A stretch of DNA of 64,000 nt, taken from positions 1 through 64,000 of the forward strand of contig JABCTZ010000006.1 of the NCBI GenBank assembly GCA_018238155.1, written 5' to 3'. The first letter of the stretch is position 1. Each line of letters begins with the position of its first letter. Positions 30,532 through 39,147 of this stretch are shown one piece after another. Both the position numbers and the translations under genes were made by a program. Origin of the DNA: Candidatus Heimdallarchaeota archaeon (GTDB lineage Archaea > Asgardarchaeota > Heimdallarchaeia > JABLTI01). The notes under the pieces were generated by a model. The model ran no database searches. It saw only the letters and a list, made by a program, of their open reading frames with translations, and had not been told where the DNA came from.

Positions 30532-30765
30532 TTATCCGCCCTCTGTACGGGCGATTAGATATACTTTTTCATAATCGGTAATTCCAACTTCTTCAAATGT
30601 TTCGTTATCATCAAGTTGTCTTCCACGGAAAACAACGATTACCGCACTTGCAGGAATTCTCTTTTGTCGTGAGATTTCCCTTTTCAATTCAGCAATAGTT
30701 GAATTGGGTTTCACTTCACAGTCGATAACCCCGCCACCAATTGCAGATACAACCCTGACAATCAT
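30532..30765 (-). CDS. Eukaryote-type ubiquitin-like protein
   Basis: 77 aa. EVKPNSTIAELK..I....IP......FRGRQLDD..T...I...VYLIARTEGG aligns by eye with ubiquitin and ends in a free GG. AGGTGA RBS. Confidence 0.9.
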   Translation of the reverse strand: MIVRVVSAIGGGVIDCEVKPNSTIAELKREISRQKRIPASAVIVVFRGRQLDDNETFEEVGITDYEKVYLIARTEGG

Positions 30766-30884
30766 TTTAATTTTTCACCTTAGTTTTAATTTTATATTAA
30801 CTGTATAGATTTTTTCTCTACTAGAGTTTTAGCTAATATACAATATAAACCATTTCAAATGGAACATTAGCTAATCACACCTAT

Positions 30885-31646
30885 TTATTCAGTAACTATT
30901 TCTTTATGTTTATTTATTAAAGCTCCCATCAAGCCTCCTCCAAAGCCATTATCAATATTTACTACTGCTACATTTGGTGCACAGCTGTTTAACATGGTTA
31001 GCATTGCAGAAATTCCTTTCATATTTGCTCCATAACCAATAGATGTTGGAACGGCAATTACAGGACAAGCAGCGAGACCTGCAACAACAGAAGGAAGCGC
31101 TCCTTCCATACCAGCTATGGCTACAATGGCATTCGCAGAGAATATCTTATCACGATGATGAAGCAAGCGATGTATGCCAGCAACTCCAACATCATAAATC
31201 CGAGTAATATTTGCACCCATTATTTCAGCTGTTAGAGCGGCTTCTTCGGCAACGGGAATATCTGCAGTACCGCCACAAATAATCAATAAAGAACCAACCT
31301 TTTTTCTTTGTATTCTATTAAGATATATTATTCTTGCTTGCGAACAAAATTGTAAGTTCTCATCAACTTTCTTCAATTCGATATAGATTTTCTCAGTTGC
31401 ACGTGTTAATAGAATATTCTCATTTCGCTTACTAAGAGAAGTATATATACCTTTGATTTGTTCTATAGTTTTTCCTGGACAATAAACAACTTCTGGAAAA
31501 CCTTTCCTTAAAGCTCGGTGATGATCAACTTTTGCATAACCAAGGTCCTCATAAGGAAAATCTTTGAGTCTTGCTAATACAGCGTTAAGAGAAACGCGGT
31601 CTTCTTTATACTCTTCCAATAATTTCTTCAATTTATTTTGATCCAC
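30885..31646 (-). CDS. larB: Nickel-pincer cofactor biosynthesis protein LarB
   Basis: AKVDHHRALRKGFPEVVY, GGTADIPVAEEA, DVGVAGIHRL, AGMEGALPSVV and NIDNGFG. Confidence 0.95.
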   Translation of the reverse strand: MDQNKLKKLLEEYKEDRVSLNAVLARLKDFPYEDLGYAKVDHHRALRKGFPEVVYCPGKTIEQIKGIYTSLSKRNENILLTRATEKIYIELKKVDENLQFCSQARIIYLNRIQRKKVGSLLIICGGTADIPVAEEAALTAEIMGANITRIYDVGVAGIHRLLHHRDKIFSANAIVAIAGMEGALPSVVAGLAACPVIAVPTSIGYGANMKGISAMLTMLNSCAPNVAVVNIDNGFGGGLMGALINKHKEIVTE

Positions 31647-31687
31647 GCTTTTATCACCTTAGAATTATTTTCTAATTTAAGCTATGT

Positions 31688-32491
31688 CTACTTCCGAGTT
31701 TTATTCATTGAACCCTTCTTATATCCATTTAAATCCAATGTCGTATAATCGAAACCAATTTCTTTAAATTTAGATGTTATTTTCTCGGCATTCTCAATGA
31801 GAAGTGAAAAATTATCCGGTGATACTTCAACTCGAACAAGTAAACCATGAACGCGGACACGAAGTCGAAGAATACCTAATTCTTTCAAATATTCTTCTGC
31901 TTCATAAACCATAGCTAACTTTTCTTTAGTTATTTTCTCTCCAAAGAAAAATCGCGTAGCTAGACATGGAGATGAAGGTTTGTCCCAGCAGGATAAGCTA
32001 AGCTGTTTTGAGAGTAATCTAATTTCTTCTTTCGTTAACCGTGCATCGATTAAGGGACTTTTAACAGAATATTCTTGAACTGCTTGATAACCTGGTCGAT
32101 AATCATCTAAATCATCAAAATTAGAACCTTCAATTAGTTGTCCGGAAATGCGTTGTGTTCTACAATATTGTTGAATCTCTTCAATAGCACCTTTCTTACA
32201 AATATAACATCTATTAGGAGGATTATTTTCAAACCATGAGTAATCCATTTTTGAAGAGTCAATAATTAGATGCTTTATGCCAATTTTTTTAGCAAGTATT
32301 TTAGCTTCTTCGAGTTCATGACTTGGAAATTGTGGAGTATCTAATGTTAGAGCAATCGCTTCATCACCTAACATATTAAAAGCAACTTGAGCTAAAAAAG
32401 TGCTGTCGACCCCTCCAGAGAAGGCAATTACTACCGCTTTCAATTCTGAAAGGATCTGTTCTAATTCATCTAATTTATTTGATGTATTCAT
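31688..32491 (-). CDS. larE: ATP-dependent sulfur insertase LarE (PP-loop)
   Basis: AFSGGVDS, NPPNRCYICK, DDLDDYRPG, KPSSPCLATR and DLNGYKKGSMN. Confidence 0.93.
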   Translation of the reverse strand: MNTSNKLDELEQILSELKAVVIAFSGGVDSTFLAQVAFNMLGDEAIALTLDTPQFPSHELEEAKILAKKIGIKHLIIDSSKMDYSWFENNPPNRCYICKKGAIEEIQQYCRTQRISGQLIEGSNFDDLDDYRPGYQAVQEYSVKSPLIDARLTKEEIRLLSKQLSLSCWDKPSSPCLATRFFFGEKITKEKLAMVYEAEEYLKELGILRLRVRVHGLLVRVEVSPDNFSLLIENAEKITSKFKEIGFDYTTLDLNGYKKGSMNKTRK

Positions 32492-32514
32492 GATGTATCA
32501 AACAACAGGGAACT

Positions 32515-33816
32515 TTATGCTGTGGAATTGGAGAAAATAAAGTAAATTGTCATTACATCATTCCATGTCTTACCAAATTTATTACCCAAGTGAGCAGTGG
32601 CACTGATAGAGTAATTACCTCCTTCAATTAGTAATCCATTTTCTATCCAAGAACCGATACCAACAGTTTTTTGACCCTCAAAATTATAAACAAGCGTCCA
32701 TCCACCTTCACCTAGAACTTCACCACTTGTCTGGTTAGTAACTGTTAAAGTGAAAGATTGGAACTTTTGATGCCAATGACCTGGATTATTTACAGTAACA
32801 GTCGTAAATACAAACCAATGTTTCCCTCCAGTAACATCATAGGAATCTGTTTTTTCGAATTTAAGATCAACAATTCCAAAATGTGAACCCCAAGTAGCAT
32901 CTAAAGTATCAACTATTGGAATTAAAATAACAAGTCCAAGAACAATACTTGGTAAAATAAAATGTTTCTTTTTCATTGCCTTTTTATAGAAATCTTTCAA
33001 AATACCTAAGAATGTTTTATCGCCATTTAATTCAACAGCTTCCTTTTTGGAAGTTTTTTCTTTAGTACTGGTTTTCTTTCCAAAAACTTTCTTATCGTCA
33101 AAAACATCCGATTCCTCGTCCTCTTCGTCTTTTGAGGTCATGCTAAGAACAATGGATAATAGAAAGACAATACCAACAACAACAAAAAGTGCCGTTCGAC
33201 CACCTGAACTTTGGAAATAGCTATAGATTCCACCAAGGTAGGGGATTCTGCCAACAATTTTACCTACTAATCGATCTTCATGGATATTTAATTCATCAAT
33301 TCTAATAAACTCAATAAATGCTTGATTGGTTTCCCAATTATCACCTTTTGTAGTGAACCAATAATCACCTGTGGCATCCTGATAAACACGCGTCACTCTG
33401 TGTACAATCGGGACATCAACATCCTCTGTGTGATTAACATAATTAAAAACAATTGCATCTCCAACCTTAATTGTAGATGGATCGACACCTCGGACAATAA
33501 GCATATCTTTTCTAATATCATTTTCTCCGCCAAAACTATCTCTATTTGAACCCCAATAAGATGGCTCCATAGATTCACTTGTAACTACAACGAGTGGAGA
33601 ACTTGTATTGAGAAAAGCTCCTAGGATTTGATTGAAACTAAGCACTAAGACTACTGCAATAATGATGAAGAATCCAATTTCAATGATGTCTTTTCTCCAA
33701 GTAGTTTTACTTTGCTTTTTAGACTTCTTTTCTGTTTTTTGTGACAAATTTGTTGGCGTCCTTTTCCTATGAATATAGGAGAATAATTGATACATGAATA
33801 AAATACTTTTCCACAA
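32515..33816 (-). CDS. Signal peptidase I (Sec11/ER-type) with extra C-terminal TM and extracellular domain
   Basis: VVVTSESMEP (Ser), IVHRV (His), TKGDN and GRIPYLG. Start uncertain. Confidence 0.87.
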   Translation of the reverse strand: MWKSILFMYQLFSYIHRKRTPTNLSQKTEKKSKKQSKTTWRKDIIEIGFFIIIAVVLVLSFNQILGAFLNTSSPLVVVTSESMEPSYWGSNRDSFGGENDIRKDMLIVRGVDPSTIKVGDAIVFNYVNHTEDVDVPIVHRVTRVYQDATGDYWFTTKGDNWETNQAFIEFIRIDELNIHEDRLVGKIVGRIPYLGGIYSYFQSSGGRTALFVVVGIVFLLSIVLSMTSKDEEDEESDVFDDKKVFGKKTSTKEKTSKKEAVELNGDKTFLGILKDFYKKAMKKKHFILPSIVLGLVILIPIVDTLDATWGSHFGIVDLKFEKTDSYDVTGGKHWFVFTTVTVNNPGHWHQKFQSFTLTVTNQTSGEVLGEGGWTLVYNFEGQKTVGIGSWIENGLLIEGGNYSISATAHLGNKFGKTWNDVMTIYFIFSNSTA

Positions 33817-33874
33817 TATTCCAAATATCGAGAGATAATAAGGATTATTAAGAGCTAACTAAATCTGTTTTCAT

Positions 33875-34429
33875 ATGAAACTTGAAAAGGCAATTGATGA
33901 GAAGTATAGTTTTATTCTTGTTGGATGTAATACTGTTAAAGAACGAGATGGTATGAGTGAATTATGGCATGTTCTAATTAAATATTGTAATATTTCTCCA
34001 ATAGAAGCATTTGAACTGCCAATAAGAGGTCTCTATTTAATTGCTATTACAGAAAACCCACAAGAAATTGTTGCAGTAATTGGTTCAATTGTCAAAGAAA
34101 AAAAATTTGTTTTCCAGATGAGTAGAAAACTCATTCCGATAGATCAAATAATTGAAAGCTCTTTGGATTTACTTGCAGAAAGAATTACTCCTTATCTTAA
34201 ACGAATTCACAAAAAAGATCAATGGAGAATCACAGTAAATAGAAGACATACTAATTTGAAAAAGGCTGAAATCATTGAAAAAATTGCTTTATTACCTCAA
34301 GCACCAAAAGGTAGAGTAAACTTATCAAATCCGGATTGGGAAATTATCATTGAGATTTTTGGCAGATGGATTGGATTTAGCGTATGCCCTACAAATAGTA
34401 TTTTAAAAATAGCTGAAAATGAAATTTGA
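33875..34429 (+). CDS. THUMP domain protein
   Basis: RKLIPID, WRITVNRRH and VNLSNPDWEIIIEIFG. Confidence 0.85.
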   Translation: MKLEKAIDEKYSFILVGCNTVKERDGMSELWHVLIKYCNISPIEAFELPIRGLYLIAITENPQEIVAVIGSIVKEKKFVFQMSRKLIPIDQIIESSLDLLAERITPYLKRIHKKDQWRITVNRRHTNLKKAEIIEKIALLPQAPKGRVNLSNPDWEIIIEIFGRWIGFSVCPTNSILKIAENEI

Positions 34430-34448
34430 AATCAAAGTAATTATCATT

Positions 34449-35066
34449 TCATTTCCATATATTAAGCAAAGCTGATTTCTCAATTGCTATTTTTTCTATT
34501 ATTTCATCTCGAGAGCTTTCTGATTTCTGGAGAAATAGATTTATTTCTTTCTCAGTTATTTCAAGATTTGCCAGAATTTTCTTTTCATTTCGCACTGAAA
34601 ACCCCTCAATATTTAACTGGAAATTAGAAACTACAATATTCCTCACTTTCAAGAACTCTTCAAAATCAAAAAATCCCTTCTTTGAAGGAGAATGATTCAC
34701 CTCAACATGATTTGATTTGATATGTAAGGTTATTACTTCTTTGGATTCAATATTTAATCCAACTTTCTCGATTGCTTTGCTAATCTGTCTATAACCTGAT
34801 AAATAAAGTAGAATTTCAGTATTCAATGTTTTAGCTAGATTATTCTTCTGTTTAAAAGCTTGTAACGAATAGTGTATGCATGCTTTTAGATGTTGAAATC
34901 CTGCTACACTTCCCGAATCAATGATTAAAAGATAATTGTGATCGCCAAGCATTTTTTTTTCTTCAAGGATCAGTTTCTTTACGATTTCAACAATCTGATC
35001 ATTGGAGATTTTTTTGGTAAAGGTTGCAAGAGAGATTTCTATATGATGGGAACCTAACAGTATCAT
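34449..35066 (-). CDS. cgi121: KEOPS complex subunit Cgi121
   Basis: VAGFQHL..CI...A, NLAKTLNTEILLYLSGYRQISKAIEKVG and EKSALL. Confidence 0.85.
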   Translation of the reverse strand: MILLGSHHIEISLATFTKKISNDQIVEIVKKLILEEKKMLGDHNYLLIIDSGSVAGFQHLKACIHYSLQAFKQKNNLAKTLNTEILLYLSGYRQISKAIEKVGLNIESKEVITLHIKSNHVEVNHSPSKKGFFDFEEFLKVRNIVVSNFQLNIEGFSVRNEKKILANLEITEKEINLFLQKSESSRDEIIEKIAIEKSALLNIWK

Positions 35067-35171
35067 AAACGTACACCATAATTTTCTTTACATGTGGTAT
35101 CAATATAAAAACTTTTAATATTCCTCTAAAGTTTGAATAAAACTAGAAGCATATAGAGATTAAATCAAAAA

Positions 35172-35759
35172 GTGAGCAAGATGTCAGACAATATTATAGT
35201 ATTTACACCTCAAAATATCTGGGATAAAATATTTGATTTAGCTCAAAATATCAAACAAGCAGAATTCTGTCCAGATATTATTATTGGGATCCTTAGAGGC
35301 GGGTTAGAGGTTACACGTACATTAAGTGATTTACTTGAAATAAAGCAAGTATCCACTATTGGTGTGGGTTTTTACAAGGGGATAAATGAAACTCTCAAGA
35401 AACCACAACTCACTCAGGAATTAATCTATGATGTGAAAAATAAGCATGTTCTATTAGTAGATGATGTGGCTGATACAGGGAAAAGCATGGCTTTTGCATT
35501 GAAATACATGGAAACAAAAAAAGCTAGCACCATTAGAACTGCAACGATTCACCACAAACCACATTCAATATTTAAACCCAACTTTTTTGTTGAAGAGACA
35601 TCAAATTGGATTGTCTATCCATGGGAGTACGTTGAGTTTTCAAAACTTTTTATTAATAAACAAAGAACCAATAAAAAAACATATTATCAAATCGCAATCG
35701 AGCTTAAAAAATTGGGCATTCCAAAAAAAGTAGTAGATAATATTTTGCCTGAAAAATAA
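35172..35759 (+). CDS. Purine phosphoribosyltransferase
   Basis: IIGILRGG, VLLVDDVADTGKS and WIVYPWE. Confidence 0.9.
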   Translation: MSKMSDNIIVFTPQNIWDKIFDLAQNIKQAEFCPDIIIGILRGGLEVTRTLSDLLEIKQVSTIGVGFYKGINETLKKPQLTQELIYDVKNKHVLLVDDVADTGKSMAFALKYMETKKASTIRTATIHHKPHSIFKPNFFVEETSNWIVYPWEYVEFSKLFINKQRTNKKTYYQIAIELKKLGIPKKVVDNILPEK

Positions 35760-35806
35760 TAAAAAAAAGTTAATTATTTACCCTCTGTTTTTCAGAGAGC
35801 AAATGG

Positions 35807-36604
35807 TCATGCTGTTTTTTCTTCTATTGGCAACTCTTTGTAGAATTTGCGTAAGAAATTTGGCATAACATAACCTAGATATGCAAATGAACACATTAGA
35901 ATCGCTGCAACGTAAGCAATATAATAGAATGGTGTAAATCCTTCTATTGAAAAGATAGGTATTAATCCTTCGCTAGCTGTCAAGAAGTCAAGAGCAAAAG
36001 AACTGTAAGTTATCACTCCAAAAACAGCTGAAAGGATAATAAATTTGAATCCTACTTTTTCCCATCTCAGATTTGCTTCTTGAAGTGGACGAATAGTGAG
36101 GAACATCAAAGTGAAGAACGATATGAAAGTTAATGCTAAATGATAAAGTGTTGGTGAAAGAGCATAAACTGGATTAGGCCAGGTATTAAATGTAGCTCCT
36201 ATTAATAAACCAATTGTGATACCATTTAATGCTCCAAAAATTATTGGAATAAGCATTTTCGTTCTTCGGAAAATGGGCGATTGTGAGAAAACAATAGCAA
36301 CAAATATCATAATGAATACATTACTAATAGCTGAAAATCCATAACCAATATTGATTCCAAGAGCACTAAAGCCAATAGTAGTATAATTTGTATTTGTAAT
36401 TATCTCATTATCAATTAGATATTGAATTAATTTACCAAGAAATAAACTAAGAGCTCCAATAACCCAGGCATTAAAAGCAATTGCTAATGTAAGTGCTGCA
36501 ATTCTCTTACGATCGAAATATCTATAGTATAAAGCTGCTACTACAAATGAAACAGCTAGAAAAGCAATTCCTTCTGTGATAACTGCTTCGAGTGGGATAT
36601 CCAT
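35807..36604 (-). CDS. Seven-TM membrane protein (paralog 2)
   Basis: Seven hydrophobic segments. Shares YFDR, GIN.GY.FSA.SN, FRRTK, LNGITIG, YHL.LTF, LRWE..GF and AYLGY.MP with its neighbour. Confidence 0.8.
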   Translation of the reverse strand: MDIPLEAVITEGIAFLAVSFVVAALYYRYFDRKRIAALTLAIAFNAWVIGALSLFLGKLIQYLIDNEIITNTNYTTIGFSALGINIGYGFSAISNVFIMIFVAIVFSQSPIFRRTKMLIPIIFGALNGITIGLLIGATFNTWPNPVYALSPTLYHLALTFISFFTLMFLTIRPLQEANLRWEKVGFKFIILSAVFGVITYSSFALDFLTASEGLIPIFSIEGFTPFYYIAYVAAILMCSFAYLGYVMPNFLRKFYKELPIEEKTA

Positions 36605-36605
36605 T

Positions 36606-37409
36606 TTAATTAACCTCCGGCTCTTTTAGTAAATTACGTATTCTCGTTGGCATAGCATATCCAAGATAAGCAAATGTGGACATTAGGATAGCAAATACCC
36701 AACCAAAATAATTAAAGACAGTATACCCTCTGCCAAATATCTCCTTGAAGAATAAAGGAAATATGAGGTCTAAAACGAACATAACATAAATCATTATACC
36801 TGAAAAACCATAAAGGATAATGAAGGTAAAACCTGCTCGTTCCCATCTCAAAGTAGCCTCTTTTCTTTCTTTAAAACTAAGAGCTAAGAGTAATGTGAAT
36901 GAAAAGAATGTTAAGAGCAAATGGTATATTGTTTGAGCAATTGGATATTGGGGATTATATAGTTCGGTTGGATCTACAGCGTCCAAGCTTAAAGAAAGAG
37001 TATTAATAATTAAACCAATCGTAATTCCATTAAGAATTGCATTCACTAGTGGTATTGTTTTCTTGGTTCGTCTAAACATTGGTGCTTGAGAAAAGATTTG
37101 TGATATGAACAAAACCATAAATATGTTACTTGCTGCAGAGAAAAGATAACCAAGGTTGATGCCATATCTTGCGTATTGTATTTCTCCTGCTAATTGTGGC
37201 ATATTAATGTAATGTAAAATAAAACCGAGAAATACTAAAATTCCACTTATCCCCCAGAAGAGGAAGGTTAATGCTAAAGTTAAAGCAGGTTCTTTTCTTC
37301 TATCAAAATATTTCATGAAAAGCATTATAACAACTGTAAATACAGCCAAAAGCACAAATCCTAATATAATTATTGATCCAAGTTTTGGATCTTGAGGTAA
37401 GTCTGCCAT
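36606..37409 (-). CDS. Seven-TM membrane protein (paralog 1)
   Basis: Same shared motifs; 1-bp gap to paralog 2. Confidence 0.8.
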   Translation of the reverse strand: MADLPQDPKLGSIIILGFVLLAVFTVVIMLFMKYFDRRKEPALTLALTFLFWGISGILVFLGFILHYINMPQLAGEIQYARYGINLGYLFSAASNIFMVLFISQIFSQAPMFRRTKKTIPLVNAILNGITIGLIINTLSLSLDAVDPTELYNPQYPIAQTIYHLLLTFFSFTLLLALSFKERKEATLRWERAGFTFIILYGFSGIMIYVMFVLDLIFPLFFKEIFGRGYTVFNYFGWVFAILMSTFAYLGYAMPTRIRNLLKEPEVN

Positions 37410-37424
37410 GATGTTTCACTCCAA

Positions 37425-37880
37425 TTACCAGAGAGCATCCTTCATTTTGTCAATTGGTGACAATTCCTTCTGGTGCCACTCGATCATTTCTAGCATAGAT
37501 TTCTTAAATTCAGATATTTTGACAATATCAAAATTATTTGGATCATAAACCTTCTCAAATTTTGTTGCTATTTCCTTAGCAACGCCTTCCCATTGAGATA
37601 ATATTTTATCATCCATGGATGTTTTAAAAACAAAAGTTACTGAAACTCCTTTTTCAGCACAAATTTGAGCTATTAGTTGATCATTTAGACCCAACTTGAA
37701 AATGCCTTTCTCAAGTTTCGTTGCAATGTCTTTTATTTGGTCAAGAAAGCCCATAAAAGTATCAGAATTTGGATCTATATCACCAATCTGAGTTGTAATT
37801 AAGGCTTCTCCACTATCTTTTGAGAAAATAATCGCGTTCTCGATCATAGTAGTTTTTTTCTCCATAAAATGGATAAACAT
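37425..37880 (-). CDS. Longin/roadblock-like small protein
   Basis: IENAIIFSKDSGEALI (beta-beta-G), helix TFMGFLDQIKDIATKL, strands, then final helix AKEIATKFEKVY. Probable start at 37865 or 37847. Confidence 0.6.
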   Translation of the reverse strand: MFIHFMEKKTTMIENAIIFSKDSGEALITTQIGDIDPNSDTFMGFLDQIKDIATKLEKGIFKLGLNDQLIAQICAEKGVSVTFVFKTSMDDKILSQWEGVAKEIATKFEKVYDPNNFDIVKISEFKKSMLEMIEWHQKELSPIDKMKDALW

Positions 37881-38027
37881 TTGTTTTTATATTTCCATTA
37901 GATACTAAAATATACTAGTCTCTAAGTAAATAAAGTTCACCCTATTAGCAAAACCGGGTGAAAATTCGTTAAATCAAAATTAGCTTTATTTAGGAGAGAA
38001 TTTATTGTTATTGATGTGATTTGGTTC

Positions 38028-39119
38028 ATGAGTAAAAGTAGCGAGTTTCAGTATTATTCTGCACCTGGAAGAGTGTGCTTCTATGGTGAACATCAAGATT
38101 ATCTAAAACTTAAGGTTGTTCCTGCTGCAATCAATCTTCGAACACTTATTGGGATTAAGGATAATGATCTAAAACGCATTCGAGTTAAATCACAAGATAC
38201 AGCTTCTTCAGATGATTTCTCCATTTCAAAGAAAATATCTTTGGTAAAAAATGAATTTGATTACCTTCGAGCGATAATAATTTCTTTACAAAAGGAAGAT
38301 TTAGTAGAAAATTTAACTGGATTAGATGTTACTATCAGCAGCAGTTTGCCAATTGGATCGGGCTTATCCTCTTCGGCAGCATTATTGGTTGCTTGGACCA
38401 CAGCACTCAATGATAGGTTCCAGTTAAATTTAAATAAAGAAGAAATCGCACTGTTGAGTTTCAAAGCAGAAAACAACATTCTTGGAGTGAATTGTGGTAT
38501 TATGGATCAATATTCCTCTTCACTAGGAGGTATTATTGGTCTTGATTGTGATGGTCCACCATATAAGATTACTAAGCATTCAACTGCTTTTTCAAGTTTA
38601 GTTCTTGGAGATAGTTGTGTAAGACGTTCAGCAAATGAACCATTAACTATTTTGAAAAATCAATTATATTCTGGGATTAAAAATTTGCAAAAAGTTGTAC
38701 CATTTAATTTGAAAGAAATTACTTTTGAGGAGCTGACGAGATTGAAATCAACTTTAACACCAAATGAGCAAAAAAGGTTGCATGGTGCAATAGTTATTCG
38801 AGACATAACCAAAGAGGCTCAACGAAATTTGTCTAAGAAAAGCAACCTGAATTTGCCTTTATTGGGAGAATTATTAACAAAACAGCATGATGCTCTGAGA
38901 GATTTATTAGAAGTATCAATTCCCATATTAGATAATATGGTTAATGCATCAATAAAAGCGGGAGCACTTGGAGCCAAGTTAACTGGAGCAGGATTTGGTG
39001 GTTGCATTGTAGCTCTTGCTCCTGGAAAAGAAAAAGAAGTTGCAGCAGCAATAGAACATTCCGGTGGAAAAGCAATAATTTGTCAAGTGGATTCCGAAGG
39101 TGGAAGAAAAGAGAAATAG
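38028..39119 (+). CDS. galK: Galactokinase / GHMP kinase
   Basis: SAPGRVCFYGEHQDY, LPIGSGLSSSAA, CGIMDQY and GAKLTGAGFGGC. Confidence 0.85.
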   Translation: MSKSSEFQYYSAPGRVCFYGEHQDYLKLKVVPAAINLRTLIGIKDNDLKRIRVKSQDTASSDDFSISKKISLVKNEFDYLRAIIISLQKEDLVENLTGLDVTISSSLPIGSGLSSSAALLVAWTTALNDRFQLNLNKEEIALLSFKAENNILGVNCGIMDQYSSSLGGIIGLDCDGPPYKITKHSTAFSSLVLGDSCVRRSANEPLTILKNQLYSGIKNLQKVVPFNLKEITFEELTRLKSTLTPNEQKRLHGAIVIRDITKEAQRNLSKKSNLNLPLLGELLTKQHDALRDLLEVSIPILDNMVNASIKAGALGAKLTGAGFGGCIVALAPGKEKEVAAAIEHSGGKAIICQVDSEGGRKEK

Positions 39120-39147
39120 TAAAAGTAACCTATTTCTCCAATGAAGA

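Noticed and set aside
35807-37409. Microbial rhodopsins or heliorhodopsins
   Set aside because: No retinal-binding Lys (DxxxK/SxxxK) in TM7.
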